A stretch of DNA of 64,000 nucleotides from Bigelowiella natans CCMP2755 (taxonomy: Eukaryota > Protista > Cercozoa): contig ADNK01000135.1 of assembly GCA_000320545.1 (NCBI GenBank), positions 1 through 64,000 on the forward strand. Direction: 5' to 3'. Position 1 is the first letter of the stretch. The number at the start of each line of letters is the position of its first letter. A program made the position numbers and the translations under genes. Positions 12,959-24,213 of this stretch are shown here, one piece after another. The notes beneath the pieces were generated by a model. It was not told where the DNA came from. It saw only the letters and a program-made list of their open reading frames with translations, and ran no database searches.

Positions 12959-13866
12959 ATGCTTGCATTTGGTGCTTGCATGAAGATCGCTTGCAGCGGA
13001 GGCCGGAGGACAGCTGCTACACCAATACTATGGAAAAAATTATCAGTAGAAACTAGCAGAAAAAGTACCTGGAGGGCAGAGAAGAGGGCCTCGATTGAGG
13101 AAAAATCCGGCCCAGCCCTCATTCAGACGATCCCGTACATGCAAGCATCGAATCGGCTTTTGCAGCTTTATGAGCGTGTCAAAGGTCCTGATAACAACGT
13201 AGACAACATCATGCTGGCCCACAGTCTGCGGCCTCACACAATGGAAGGCCACATGGCCCTGTATAAGAGCGTGCTGCATCACAAGGACAACAAGGTTTGT
13301 AGATTGTATCTTGGTTTTGAGTATGACGCAACTGATGACCCACAAACCAAACTCGCACTATCATTGTCTGCCGCAACATAGATTCCTAAAGAATTTCTGG
13401 AGACAATTGGTGTTTGGGTGAGTGGTATGAACGGCTGTAGCTATTGCGTAGAGCATCATTACGTAGGATTGTGCAGACTCGTTGGGAAGGTATGATTGAT
13501 AAAGATGGCAATGTTTGCAGCTTATCCATTCACTAACTTTTGTTTGGGCAGGAGAAAGGATCTAACATAAGAAGAAGCCTGGAGTCTGGGTACATTGAGT
13601 CAGGGCCGTTTTCGTCTCGAGAGAAACAGGCTTTGCGATACGTCGAAATTCTCACCTTGAGCCCCGAATCAAGCTTCGTCGAGCCCATTGAAGATCTGCG
13701 CAAAGTAGGATTTGACGATGGCGAGATTCTGGAGATCAATCAGGTTGCCGCATATTTTTCTTATGCAAATCGATCCGTCCAAGGTCTTGGAGTTACATGC
13801 GATGGAGATATCCTTGGACTTTCCCCTAACAATGCTGAACGACTTGATGACTGGACACATTCGTGA
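12959..13866 (+). CDS. AhpD-like alkylhydroperoxidase / carboxymuconolactone decarboxylase family protein with N-terminal extension (3 exons)
   Basis: Exons ~12959-13294, 13382-13489 and 13552-13866 give VDNIMLAHSLRPHTMEGHMALYKSVLH...ETIGVWVSGMNGCSYCVEHH (CxxCxxHH) and LRKVGFDDGEILEINQVAAYFSYANR. The basic N-terminal extension may be an organelle-targeting peptide. Confidence 0.85.
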
Positions 13867-14276
13867 TAAGTTTTTATCAGAGTAATCGTAGAATAGCAAT
13901 AAAAACTCAAATTCTCACACAATTATAATGATTTAGCTAATACAGCATCAGTGTACGTCTAATCCACAGGCGGCCGCATCACCATTAAGCAAAAGCTCGA
14001 AATTGCGATCGGCTGTCAACAGAGACATGCAAGAAGATCGATCGCAAAGCCACACTGCACCTGTACAAATCATCACGTGTTCAATGTATGTCACTGAGTG
14101 TGCTAGTGTCTGATGATTCCACATCCACATGTCGAGACGAGCTAGCGAGCAAGCGTGAACGTGCGTGAGCTGTCCAGTTCAGCATTGCTAGATTGATGCA
14201 GTCACTGCGTGCGCAACGGTTGATTGATTGAACGAATGAATGAACATGTTGAATGGAATGCAATGTTCGCAATGAT

Positions 14277-14352
14277 GCTGCAGCCGCTGCATTGCACAGC
14301 TACATGAGAATGACCAATGAACAAATTTGATTGATTCATTGCATCCGTCTTG
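14277..14352 (+). mobile_element. Degenerate solo end of the TGAGACGG-TIR MITE family with adjacent hairpin
   Basis: gctgcagccgctgcattgcacagctacatgagaatgacc...ttcattgcatccgtcttg aligns over ~75 bp with 32830-32905. Confidence 0.65.
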
Positions 14353-14613
14353 CAATGATGCAGCCACAGGGATCCTCTAGTCCTCTCAAGATGTAAAGAA
14401 GCACTAGAGTGTGTCGATCCAATTTCACTTCCTTCCTAATCGGCAAGGACACAAAAGCATGCAAGCGCCTGCCTAGACAACGATGATGAGTGAATGAAGT
14501 GATTCCAATGCGCGTGCAGTGAGAGGGTGAGAGGACCATGCTAGCATGTCAGAGTTGCTAACTCATCCACTTCCTCTCCATGCAAAAAGGCCAACAAGGA
14601 AAATGAAGGATTT

Positions 14614-16064
14614 AGTGCACAACGGCACTTTGACAGACGAGCAAAGATGGTGCTCACGCGAGGCAAAATGACCGCTTGAACCGGCTCCCATCCGCGAATG
14701 GAGCGAGTGAACAAATTGATTCCGATGGTGGAGCTGAAAGGACATTGGTCGTGCTTACTCCATTCCCTCCTCAACACCAAAACCAGTGACCGAGCCTTTG
14801 ACCGCTTTCAAATTTTCACACGTTCTCCAAGTTTCATCAAGATTCAGATTCGTGCTTCTCTGCATGCTCCAGGAGGACAATGCAATGAACACGAGGAATT
14901 GACTTTGGTACGTGAAGTAGTTCTTCCGTTTCAAGTTTAGCAACGGGAGAAATCCAGGCAGTTTTCCCCCAGAGACTTCAACTTTCCGGATGAGTGGTGG
15001 GTGGCATGATGTGAGACACAAAGATGTTGTTGTCGCACCTTGGGATTCCCCTGAGTATATCACACTTCTTGTGTTCAGCTGATGGCTGCCACCCTCTCCA
15101 GATCTAGCGTGAGGCTTACTTCCGTAGCTCTCATTTTTTAGCCGTGAGTCCAGAGGAATAATCTGTATCTTCATTGGTGTTTAGGGATTGGGTTTCGTCA
15201 CTCCTCAGAAGGGAAAGAATCGAAGACAAGCTGCTTTGAGTGAGCAAACCATCCCTGAAGGTATCATGCTATCGTTGCTCACCTCTCAAGGTTTTCTGAC
15301 ACGAACCATATTTTAGAAGGAGAAGGCGCTCCCATGAACACAGCAGAACAAGAAATTGTTCACATAAAGATGCTGGTAGTTCTGCTCTCATCCCTGAAAT
15401 GGAAGGAAGTATCACATGAGTATCTCACTATTTAGACTGAGGCTGTCAAGCATCTGGAAGACGAGAATACTTTAATTAAAAAAGTTGTTGGCCGTGAATT
15501 AATTGATTTGGTAAAAACCCGCAATCAAAACTATGACGGATGGATTTGAGTGTATGTATTGGATTTATGTAGAAAGACCAGTTAGCGGAAGCGAAGACCG
15601 AGCATGAACGTTTGGTAGTAAAAGAATTCATATTTTTACGTTGCAATATCGATTCATTTTGGTTGTGGTACTTTGTTGCAATAATATGTCTTTTATGAAT
15701 AACGTTCCTTTTCATAACAGGTAATGGCGAACAATAAAAGAGCATCTACATCAATCGCAAGCGAAACTGAAGATTTAAGGTTTGGTAAACTTGTCCAATT
15801 TCGTGTTTTTTTTCCCATCAGCTTCATTTGTCTATGCTATCTTTCACTCACGTTTCTACGATTCAATCACATCAGCAACGTAGATTATGTGAATGCCAAC
15901 GGAAAGACCAGGAGAAGAAGGTTGAGAAAGAGGGGAAGAGGCTCACGAAAAGGAGGAGGATGTGTAACATGCATAATAGCCTAAACTATATGGCATCGCA
16001 GCCATCAGTACACGAATCAACCATTCAGAGAGTGAAAATTTTAAGTAGGATCGTGTATAGCTAG
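14614..16064 (+). CDS. Hypothetical multi-exon coiled-coil protein; 5' part possibly decayed
   Basis: Chain of short AG..GT-bounded exons: IRASLHAPGGQCNEHEELTL, QREKSRQFSPRDFNFPDEW, GLGFVTPQKGKNRRQAAL, EGEGAPMNTAEQEIVHIKML, TEAVKHLEDENTLIKK, KDQLAEAKTEHERL, VMANNKRASTSIASETEDLR, and a last exon to TAG 16064. No clear start. Confidence 0.4.
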
Positions 16065-16383
16065 CATGCGACGATGTAGTGTGTGCCAAATTAGATGAAT
16101 GTATAACGTATCGTAAATCGCGGACACAACAGTGTTCATGTTACATGAATTCTCGTGGCGGCGGCTTGAAATTCACACTGCATTGAGTTCCAAAGTGTGC
16201 AGCCTAGCTACACTGCCTGGTCATCAGCTACGAGCATGTACTTGTGGTTTTGGCTTGCATTGCTATATATCTATCGTGTCGATGTGTAGCAATCGAAAAG
16301 AATTTGATTTCTTCGATTCATTCCATCCGCCGACTCATTGCATGCGGGCCATGGCTATATGCATGTGCTACAATGTGAGCATG

Positions 16384-16645
16384 TGAGACGGATGTAATGA
16401 ATAAACTAAATTCTTTCAGTTGTCATACATATGTGTATATACACGTAGCTATATGTCGCACCCATGCATAGTTTGCTGCACTAATAGCGCCAAAAAAATG
16501 CACACAATCACACGTTACTGTCATGTACGTGACTCGACGCGACTCGGCTTCGGATAAATGATTATCTACCAAATATATATGTTGGTATTCTTATACACTA
16601 GGATGACTGTTGAAAAGATTTAATCATATCATTACATCCGTCTCA
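16384..16645. mobile_element. Complete 262-bp MITE with perfect 17-bp TIRs (TGAGACGGATGTAATGA) and a probable TA target-site duplication (Tc1/mariner-like)
   Basis: 16384-16400 is the exact reverse complement of 16629-16645, and imperfect complementarity extends to ~43 bp. The right flank is TA and the left flank is TG. No coding capacity. Confidence 0.8.
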
Positions 16646-16691
16646 TACATTCAAGCTGTAGATATGGAATATATATTGATCCAGTACATCA

Positions 16692-17348
16692 TCAGCTACT
16701 GAATACTCTCACATTTAAGGCTGCGTTTGGAACTAGTTTTGCTGCCTCCAATGTCTCATTATCGTTCTCGTAGCTTCTACGCGGATAATTTGTCCTGAGC
16801 TCGAATCTACAATACAAGGGACGGCAATATCAAGAATAGAATCAAACGGCAATGGCGACAGTATGATAGGTGAAAGCAGGAAGGTTGTCGCCCCCATTGT
16901 GTATTCTCACGTACTTTGCTCCGGGATCGAGGCTTTTGGCCACATATTTCCTCACAGCTGCAATGGTATCCTGTACATCACAATTACAATTTTATTGCCG
17001 CTACATCCCTATGAATCATTCTGAAAAAATGACAGAGAATTCGTTGGGAAATTGGGTGATGAATGCATGCGTTTGCTGTCTTTCAGTGTCGGATAGACTT
17101 CGTATTTAAGCTTGAGCAGCAGCCTCCTGCCGGTGGGTAGCTTCAGCTGTAGTGTCGTCTAGGTCGGAACACAGTGGAGGGAAGATGGGAGAAGAAATGA
17201 GTACGAAGCATAATAGAAACTATATCAACCCACTTACAACAAGTACGATATCACGTGTCAGAGGTTCGGGAAAAGTAAGTCCCCAAGCACAAATTTACAT
17301 AAATTAACAGTGATGCTTGTACTACCACGACATACATATATTTTTATT

Positions 17349-17391
<43 letters not shown>

Positions 17392-19349
17392 TGATGCTTT
17401 CACTACCACGTTGGTAGTGCTCTTGCTCCTTCCATCGCTTCCTTCCTGCATCTCTACAACACGTACAAGACGAGCTCAGATGGCATCTACTCACATAGGC
17501 TTTTATCGCATCTCTTTCTATTCGTTCCATTAACCTTTGATATATGGAGTTTCGATGACTTCAACGCCCGCACGATCACCTGAGGATACTCTGATAACTT
17601 CTTTGCACATATATAGCACAAACCCATGCCCCCCCATACGTGTTCTTATTTTATTTGGTTTCTTAAATTGCTAGCATCACAACCTGAAGCTGCTTTGTTT
17701 GACTGACCAAGTAACTTCGAAATGCCCTCCCTCACTTGGATGACCTGATATGAACAAGGTGGTAGTAAGAGATAAGAGTAGTTTTGCTTTTGAGTAATTC
17801 TCCTATTTTCGACATCGATGCTGCCGCTACTGCTGCTGCGGTGTGGCCCTCACCTTTCCGTCCTGAATCACAGACTTTGGAAGCCGTTGTAACAAGTGTT
17901 GGGCACTTTCATACCCTAAATTTGGTTCATATTTATCATCAAATACACAAAATAGTATCAATTCAGCCCACCTCCCTCTCCCCACCCCAAATGAAGTATA
18001 ATCTCATTGCATGTCTTTTTCTGTTTTTGAAGCACCTGCCATCCCCTTGGCGAAGGATTTGATATGCGCTTCTCTTTCATAGTCCTGAAAAGCAGACAAT
18101 GAGAGTGGGCAATGAGAGGTGGGAGGAGAACCATTGATTGCGTATTGGTTCTTTAAAGATTCCGTAGGAGGTAACTACACTGCTCTAGAAATTAGGCTTG
18201 CACCATCGAGTCTAAATTACAGAGAAGATATGTGCGCCATATGACAAACCTCGGATGACTTGTCGTGCAGCTTAAAGATCACTCCCTCTGGAAACTGGTG
18301 GATGAGGCAACGAGGGGAATATTAACCAGTGGGAAATATTAATCAGTGTGTAATAATGTCACACAGCTATCGCATATTAATCAGTGTGTAATAATATCGC
18401 ACAGCTATCGCCGTGTTGCTCACCTGGTCCTTTAGCTCAGAAGGGAAGTAGCCCTGGAGCATGTCGTCTATGAATACCTGCATATAAATACACACACACA
18501 CACACACACATATATTATATATATATATATATAACTCCATAGTGACGACAGCTTATATCATATCAGCAGCAGGGAATAATTTGGTGACGTAGCGAAGAAG
18601 AAAGAAAGCCACGAAAGCAGAGCCAACGGTTCAACGCGGAACAGCAGCTCCAAGCTTGACCGATTGCTGACAAGACGGCATTATGCTTGCCTCTGAGCCT
18701 ATCTTCTCACCTGTGTTTGCTTCAGGGAGTATGGCCTCAACGGTCCATTGCGGAAAAACATCCCGTCCTTGTAGAATACTAGCAACACCTGTAGATTGCG
18801 GTGTTCAAAGGGGAAAAATGCCATGCAATGGGGGGAGAGGGGACCAGGAGAGCAGATGTTTTTAATTTTGATTGAATGGGTAGGTAAATTACAAATGCAA
18901 CCTCTGTGCGGCCGGTGAATCTTGCCATACCACCTTCCCTTCTGATATCTGTCAATAGACACAGCAAGAAAGTATATTGGCTTCTCCACTTCCGATAAAA
19001 TACTATCCAGCCAAATCATTTGCCTTTGTCGTTTGCTTGGGTTTTCCATGACTACGCTTTACTAAACCATACAATGATCTTATGGTTTGATATATAGTAC
19101 CCATCTCGCCCTCATTTGCTAGGCTGTTTAGATCTTTCACGGCGTCGGTCATCTTGCTCATCTTAAAGTACACCCCCACACTTTTCGCGGTAGGTGAGCT
19201 GGGTTCATTCATATTTGTCCCAGTCTCTGCTGCTGCTGCTGCTGCTGCTGCTGTAGGAGACCCTACACATGTTCCATTAGGTGTTAGCAAGGAAGGAAAG
19301 GAGAGGGAGTTCCCCGTGATTCTCGCATGTATGTGCATATGTATTTGTT

Positions 19350-19393
<44 letters not shown>

Positions 19394-20413
19394 CGCGCGC
19401 GTGTTTGTATTTATGTTGTGTGCTGAATCAAGGCATCGTTCGTACAGAAGCTTTCAAAAATTTCCCTTCGAAACAAAAGTTTCTAGTGCAGTTTGCATAC
19501 CTGGGCCACTGTTGGGGCTAGAAGAGGACTCTCCTAGTAAGCAGCACAAAGATTATGTTTTATCTAATTATGTGCATGCTACCAACTCTTGCATCGGCGA
19601 CAAAAACCTGCTCTATAGCCGCACCATACAAGCCCGTAATCAGCCAAGAAATCCTCCATCGCGCTACCTATAGACAATACAGCAAATTAATCAAATAGCA
19701 CTTCAACTCTGCAATATCTAATGGCAAGTACGCATTCTTAGGGTCGAAAAAGCCGTGTTCCTCATACATTTATGCAATATATTAAAATTGAAAGGGAATT
19801 TCTCAAATTTTCAAGTTCGATTTGTCACATTGTCTCTGGTATCCGGCAAGAAGTGTCTGTCGCAAATCAAAAACAACAGATGATATCAGATTTGGTAATA
19901 CGAATTCGCAAAGGATTGCTTCATTAAATCCAGGTGTATACCTTTAGGTTGTACAGCTCCGTGGCCGCTTGCTTTGCGTCTCCAATCTTCTCGTGAGCCT
20001 TGAGTTTGTTTTGTAGAATATGGTTCTGCCATGGTGTCAGGGGAAACAAAACAGATAACATCAGCACCTTCAGAGAATGAAAATTATTTTATTCAACATC
20101 TTATTTTGACCTCTTGTGCAAGGCTGCTCATCTGTTCCTTCAGCACGGCATTTCTACGACACAGAAAGTTTGAAAGTAAATGAAGATGAAGCAGAAAATA
20201 TGAAGAGGATAAACAAGTCCAAACTGACTGTAACGCCTCTTTTATTGAATGTCAGGCCACGTCAAAAGTAAACCTTTGTTCAACGAGCTTAAGTCGCTTC
20301 AAGGCACTGGACATAAAACTCGATTCGGCGCTGCCATTATGCTCGCTTTTGTTACTTCTACGACCGCCACGTGGTCCTAGATTCAACTTCGCACGATTTC
20401 TCCTAAAAATCAT
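16692..20413 (-). CDS. UBXN11: UBX domain-containing protein 11-like (coiled coil + SEP + UBX), many exons
   Basis: N-terminal FMSSALKRLKLVEQR. SEP domain LVFYKDGMFFRNGPLRPYSLKQTQ|VFIDDMLQGYFPSELKDQ|FPEGVIFKLHDKS. UBX domain TLQLKLPTGRRLLLKL...DTIAAVRKYV...FELRTNYPRRSYENDNETLEAAKLVPNAALNVR, with stop at 16692-16694. Confidence 0.8.
18336..18411. repeat. Intronic 38-bp tandem duplication (2 copies)
   Basis: atattaatcagtgtgtaataat(g/a)tc(a/g)cacagctatcgc at 18336-18373 and 18374-18411. Confidence 0.9.
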
Positions 20414-20432
20414 AGAATCGCCTCAAATTTAT

Positions 20433-21900
20433 TAAACGCGTGTTCTCTCTACAGTTATGCTGCACACATGCAAACCCTTAACTTTATCATCAAAACACAA
20501 ACCATAGTACCTGGCGTCGCTAAGGAGAGAATCGATTGTCACCTGGAAAATGCTATCTTTCGGAAAAGGATGTTTAATTGCGGATATGCGAAAAACCTAC
20601 CTTTTGCTGTCTGGTTTTGTAGATTCCGGCGTCGACTGCCATCTTGCGCTCTATTGCGTGCATATTCTGTGTAAATTTTCAATACATATCATTCCGTTTC
20701 TGTACAATATCTCATTGTGGTCAAAGATACTGCCTTTATTCATACCACATTCTTTCCTCCCTTGCCGGTAACGTCCTTATCTGTCCTGTAGGAGCGAAGA
20801 AACATAAGATGAACTCGTTTCGCATGCATTTAGGTTCTAACCTCGCCCTCCGCGAGACTTTCCAACCATCTGACGCCATACTGGACTATGAATTTGAACC
20901 AATGAAGGAACAGGGGCTGTGAGTTGGTTAGTCAGTTAAAGGAAAGCCAACTGTCGGCAACTCTTTTCTTCCAGATCCGAGCGCTCCAGAATGCCTTCCG
21001 TTCCACATCAACAATCCGAACCACTTCTGTCGCAACCTCAAAATCACATTAAAACCTCCCAGAAAGAGTAGTTAAAACGACAACCTTCCCTCTCGAATTT
21101 AAGACTCTATTTTAGAATTTCTGGAAGGAAGAACATCTAAGATCCATAAAACTCATTTGGCGTTCGTTCTGTCTAATACAACTAAGATTTGGCTTCAGCG
21201 ATTGAAATGGCATTTTATACCTAAAATATCCTAGTTTTTTTTCCTGCAGAGAAACCAATGCCTCAACGCCTCCATCGCACCTCTTTCATTGTTCGAAGCA
21301 TAACTCTGACGTGTCGCGAGTGCAAATTCTTTCGTCTTCCCCCGTTTTGTAGCTCGGTTGGCACGGACATCCCTGGGCATTGAATTCCAAGATTAGAGAC
21401 GTTTGGCCGCATCTAATTCTGCCGCGCTTTTGATACGGAATGGAGATGCGTCCTTTCAGAGTGGCATCTTACTTGAGGTCGTCTCTGGCCTTCGCATTCT
21501 TCTCTCTACATATCCTTCTGCTCTCCTCACCGTGCCAGGTACGTGACTCTGACACATCAATTTGAAAGCAGTATTTTGAGAGTCCCATCTGTTGTAAGTT
21601 GGCCATCTTTCCGAACTTGAGTTATAGTAAATTGTAAGGACGGTAGCAAGAGGCGCATTCATCGAGCTTCACTTATCTGCGTGTCCCTAGCGGCAATCGA
21701 CTATTCCTGGGAAGCTTACTCTCTGAAAACCTACAACTCAACAGCCTTCCTATTCTTCTCGGTACAATAAGTTTTCCTTTGGCTTCAATCTGTTTATCAA
21801 CCTTAATGTTTGATGGCATCAACCTTCATGGTGTAAGCAAATGCAAACAAATCAGGTTCAGATCGCCGCATTCGAGATCATAACAGCCATGTTTCTGATC
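20433..21900 (-). CDS. Hypothetical multi-exon protein; boundaries uncertain
   Basis: GT/AG-flanked open segments (e.g. IQCPGMSVPTELQNGEDEENLHSRHVRVMLRTMKE; LFLHWFKFIVQYGVRWLESLAEGE; MHAIERKMAVDAGIYKTRQQK; VTIDSLLSDAR) ending at a TAA near 20433. Confidence 0.35.
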
Positions 21901-22385
21901 GATTCTTTACTTTCTGGGCTCGTACAGACAATCCTTTTCAGGTCGAACTGTCTAATTAGCATTGAGTAGACATGCACTTCGTGCTATTGATCTGGGATGA
22001 GATCTTGTTTTTAAAATTAGTGGAAGCTCGAAAGGGGAGGGAAATTCACGAAGTCATATTGAAGTCCTGGCAAGTTCACTGATTCATTTAGGCTCAAAAA
22101 CAATCCAGGTTCCATGTTGGGTCACGATTTTGCTGATCGAAGCTATCATGACTGCAATGCTGATTACCGACAAGCATAGAATTGGATACGGGGTCAGTAG
22201 AAATAATAGTAGAAGTAGCAGTAGTAGTAGTTGTAGTAGTTCATCATAAAATTAAATACTACATATTTATGTCACTCCTTCCCTTCTTCTACTGTCAAAC
22301 CTTATAAATTGTGTGCCCATGGGGTTCACATACCTAAACTAACTGGCATTAGTTACTGATCGCGGAAGGCGTCCTCTGCTTCTAC

Positions 22386-22710
22386 GTGGCTAACGTACTG
22401 GCGCTGCTTCTCTATCGATTCCTTGCTCTCGTTGATAGAAGCATAGAGGTGAATGGGTCCCTCGCCCGGAGATCCAACGTGCGTAAGAAATACCTGCAGG
22501 CGCTTTTTAGAGTAAGGAGCAGCCTCAAGAAGCTGATTTGTTACACGATTCCTGTAGGATATTTCTTAGCAGGTTTATATCTACTAGGCATCGGCCACAT
22601 TAATTTCCGAGCGAAGCATGCATGCAGTAAGCGTATCTTAAATATCTTTGTAACAAATATTTCCTATTCGAAGAAACTCTGAAAAAGAATTTAGATCCAT
22701 TCCCACCTCG

Positions 22711-22789
<79 letters not shown>

Positions 22790-22809
22790 CTCTCTCTCTC
22801 TCACTCACT

Positions 22810-22845
<36 letters not shown>

Positions 22846-23725
22846 GTTTCCTTACATATCCTTTGCTCTTTTTATTGTTGAATGTTCAGGTTTGCTAGCT
22901 ATTCCTCCAATAGCCTCCTTGATCCGCATGCCCGAAGAGAGCCAATCATGGAAGGAATCGTGGGAAGAAGATTGGAAGCGAGACGATGGAGCTCTCTCCC
23001 CTATCCAGGAGGCTATCAGTTTTCATCTCTTCATCGTTACGCCATTCTGGTTGTACTATTCGTGGGTCTCTATTCGTCCCTTCGGCGTGCGGTATCCAAG
23101 CTCCTCGCATCTGGGCTCTAACCGCCCCCAAAAAAACCTCTCCTCCAAGGATGATAGAATCAGTCGCGCGACTCGGCGAGACACGCATCACTGGGACTCG
23201 AAAGACTCTGTGCTTGTCGAAGAAGGAGGATTGCAGAGAAAATGCGTTAGAAGGTCTCTCTCTATTCTTGAGGTAAAAGAGAGAGACCAGGATATGAAAC
23301 CAAATATTCAAGATAATAACTTCACAGCACACCGTCAATACGACATGAATTTCAAGACCGCCGGATTCTATGATAATGGAGGTAACAACGACAATATTAA
23401 ATGCAATGACTGCGAAGACTCTAGATGCAGTACTGGCGATACCGTGACAGCCAATAGTGACAAGAAGAACGGTATTCGAGCCTCGTGCCGCGGATCACAA
23501 TCCCAATCAACGATTCTCCAACATTTGCTCCATCAGAAAAAGTTTTCCACGAGCGGTTCGAGCTTGCTAACTCTGCATACTCATCTAACCGTCGAGCAGC
23601 GAGCACCACCTATCATCATATCGTCTGATGACGATCGCACATTTGTTACTGCACAGATCCCTGCTACGAACGACCATGATTCTTGTAACACTACAGCCTC
23701 GATGAAGAAGGATTCACATCATTAA
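22386..23725 (+). CDS. Hypothetical membrane protein (last TM helices plus long polar C-tail, receptor-like); 5' end uncertain
   Basis: Hydrophobic segments NVLALLLYRFLALV, LICYTIPVGYFLAG and ISFHLFIVTPFWLYYSWV are followed by a ~200-aa Ser/Asn/Asp-rich tail in ORF 22892-23725. Confidence 0.45.
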
Positions 23726-24213
23726 CTCTTCGTAAACACAAATCAGTACCGCAGATGTAAAGAAATAAAGCGGAGTATGTTTATTTGATTCAGTATTTTA
23801 AATGTAAAGTCGTACTTTACTGGATCTTTTGTACATGAATGACATTTGATTACCACTGAGCATCGTCGCCACATTTAGGTATGAATGCATCATGGCAAAC
23901 TATTCCAATTGTTCATGTGATTGATAGAAATGATTCTCTCATTGCATGCATCTAGACTAGCGGAAAGTAGCACATCATTAGCGGTGAATTCAACAGCAAC
24001 GCATTGGCTATGTAGCGCACATGCAAATGCAAAGTGTACATCTGGACGTGCATTGTAGCGCGACGGGCATTGCATGGCAACAAAGATGATGATACAGCAT
24101 TTCAAAGTGCAACTTAGTCCGATTCTAAGGAACCTGCACATAACCAACTAGCCATGCTAATGTGCATAGAGAATGATTTTGAAATTTTTGGTTTCGTTTG
24201 TGTGCCTAGCTAG

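Noticed and set aside
14540-15450. Possible transposase next to the MITE end
   Set aside because: No DDE/HTH motifs; the region resolves better as short spliced exons of a hypothetical gene.
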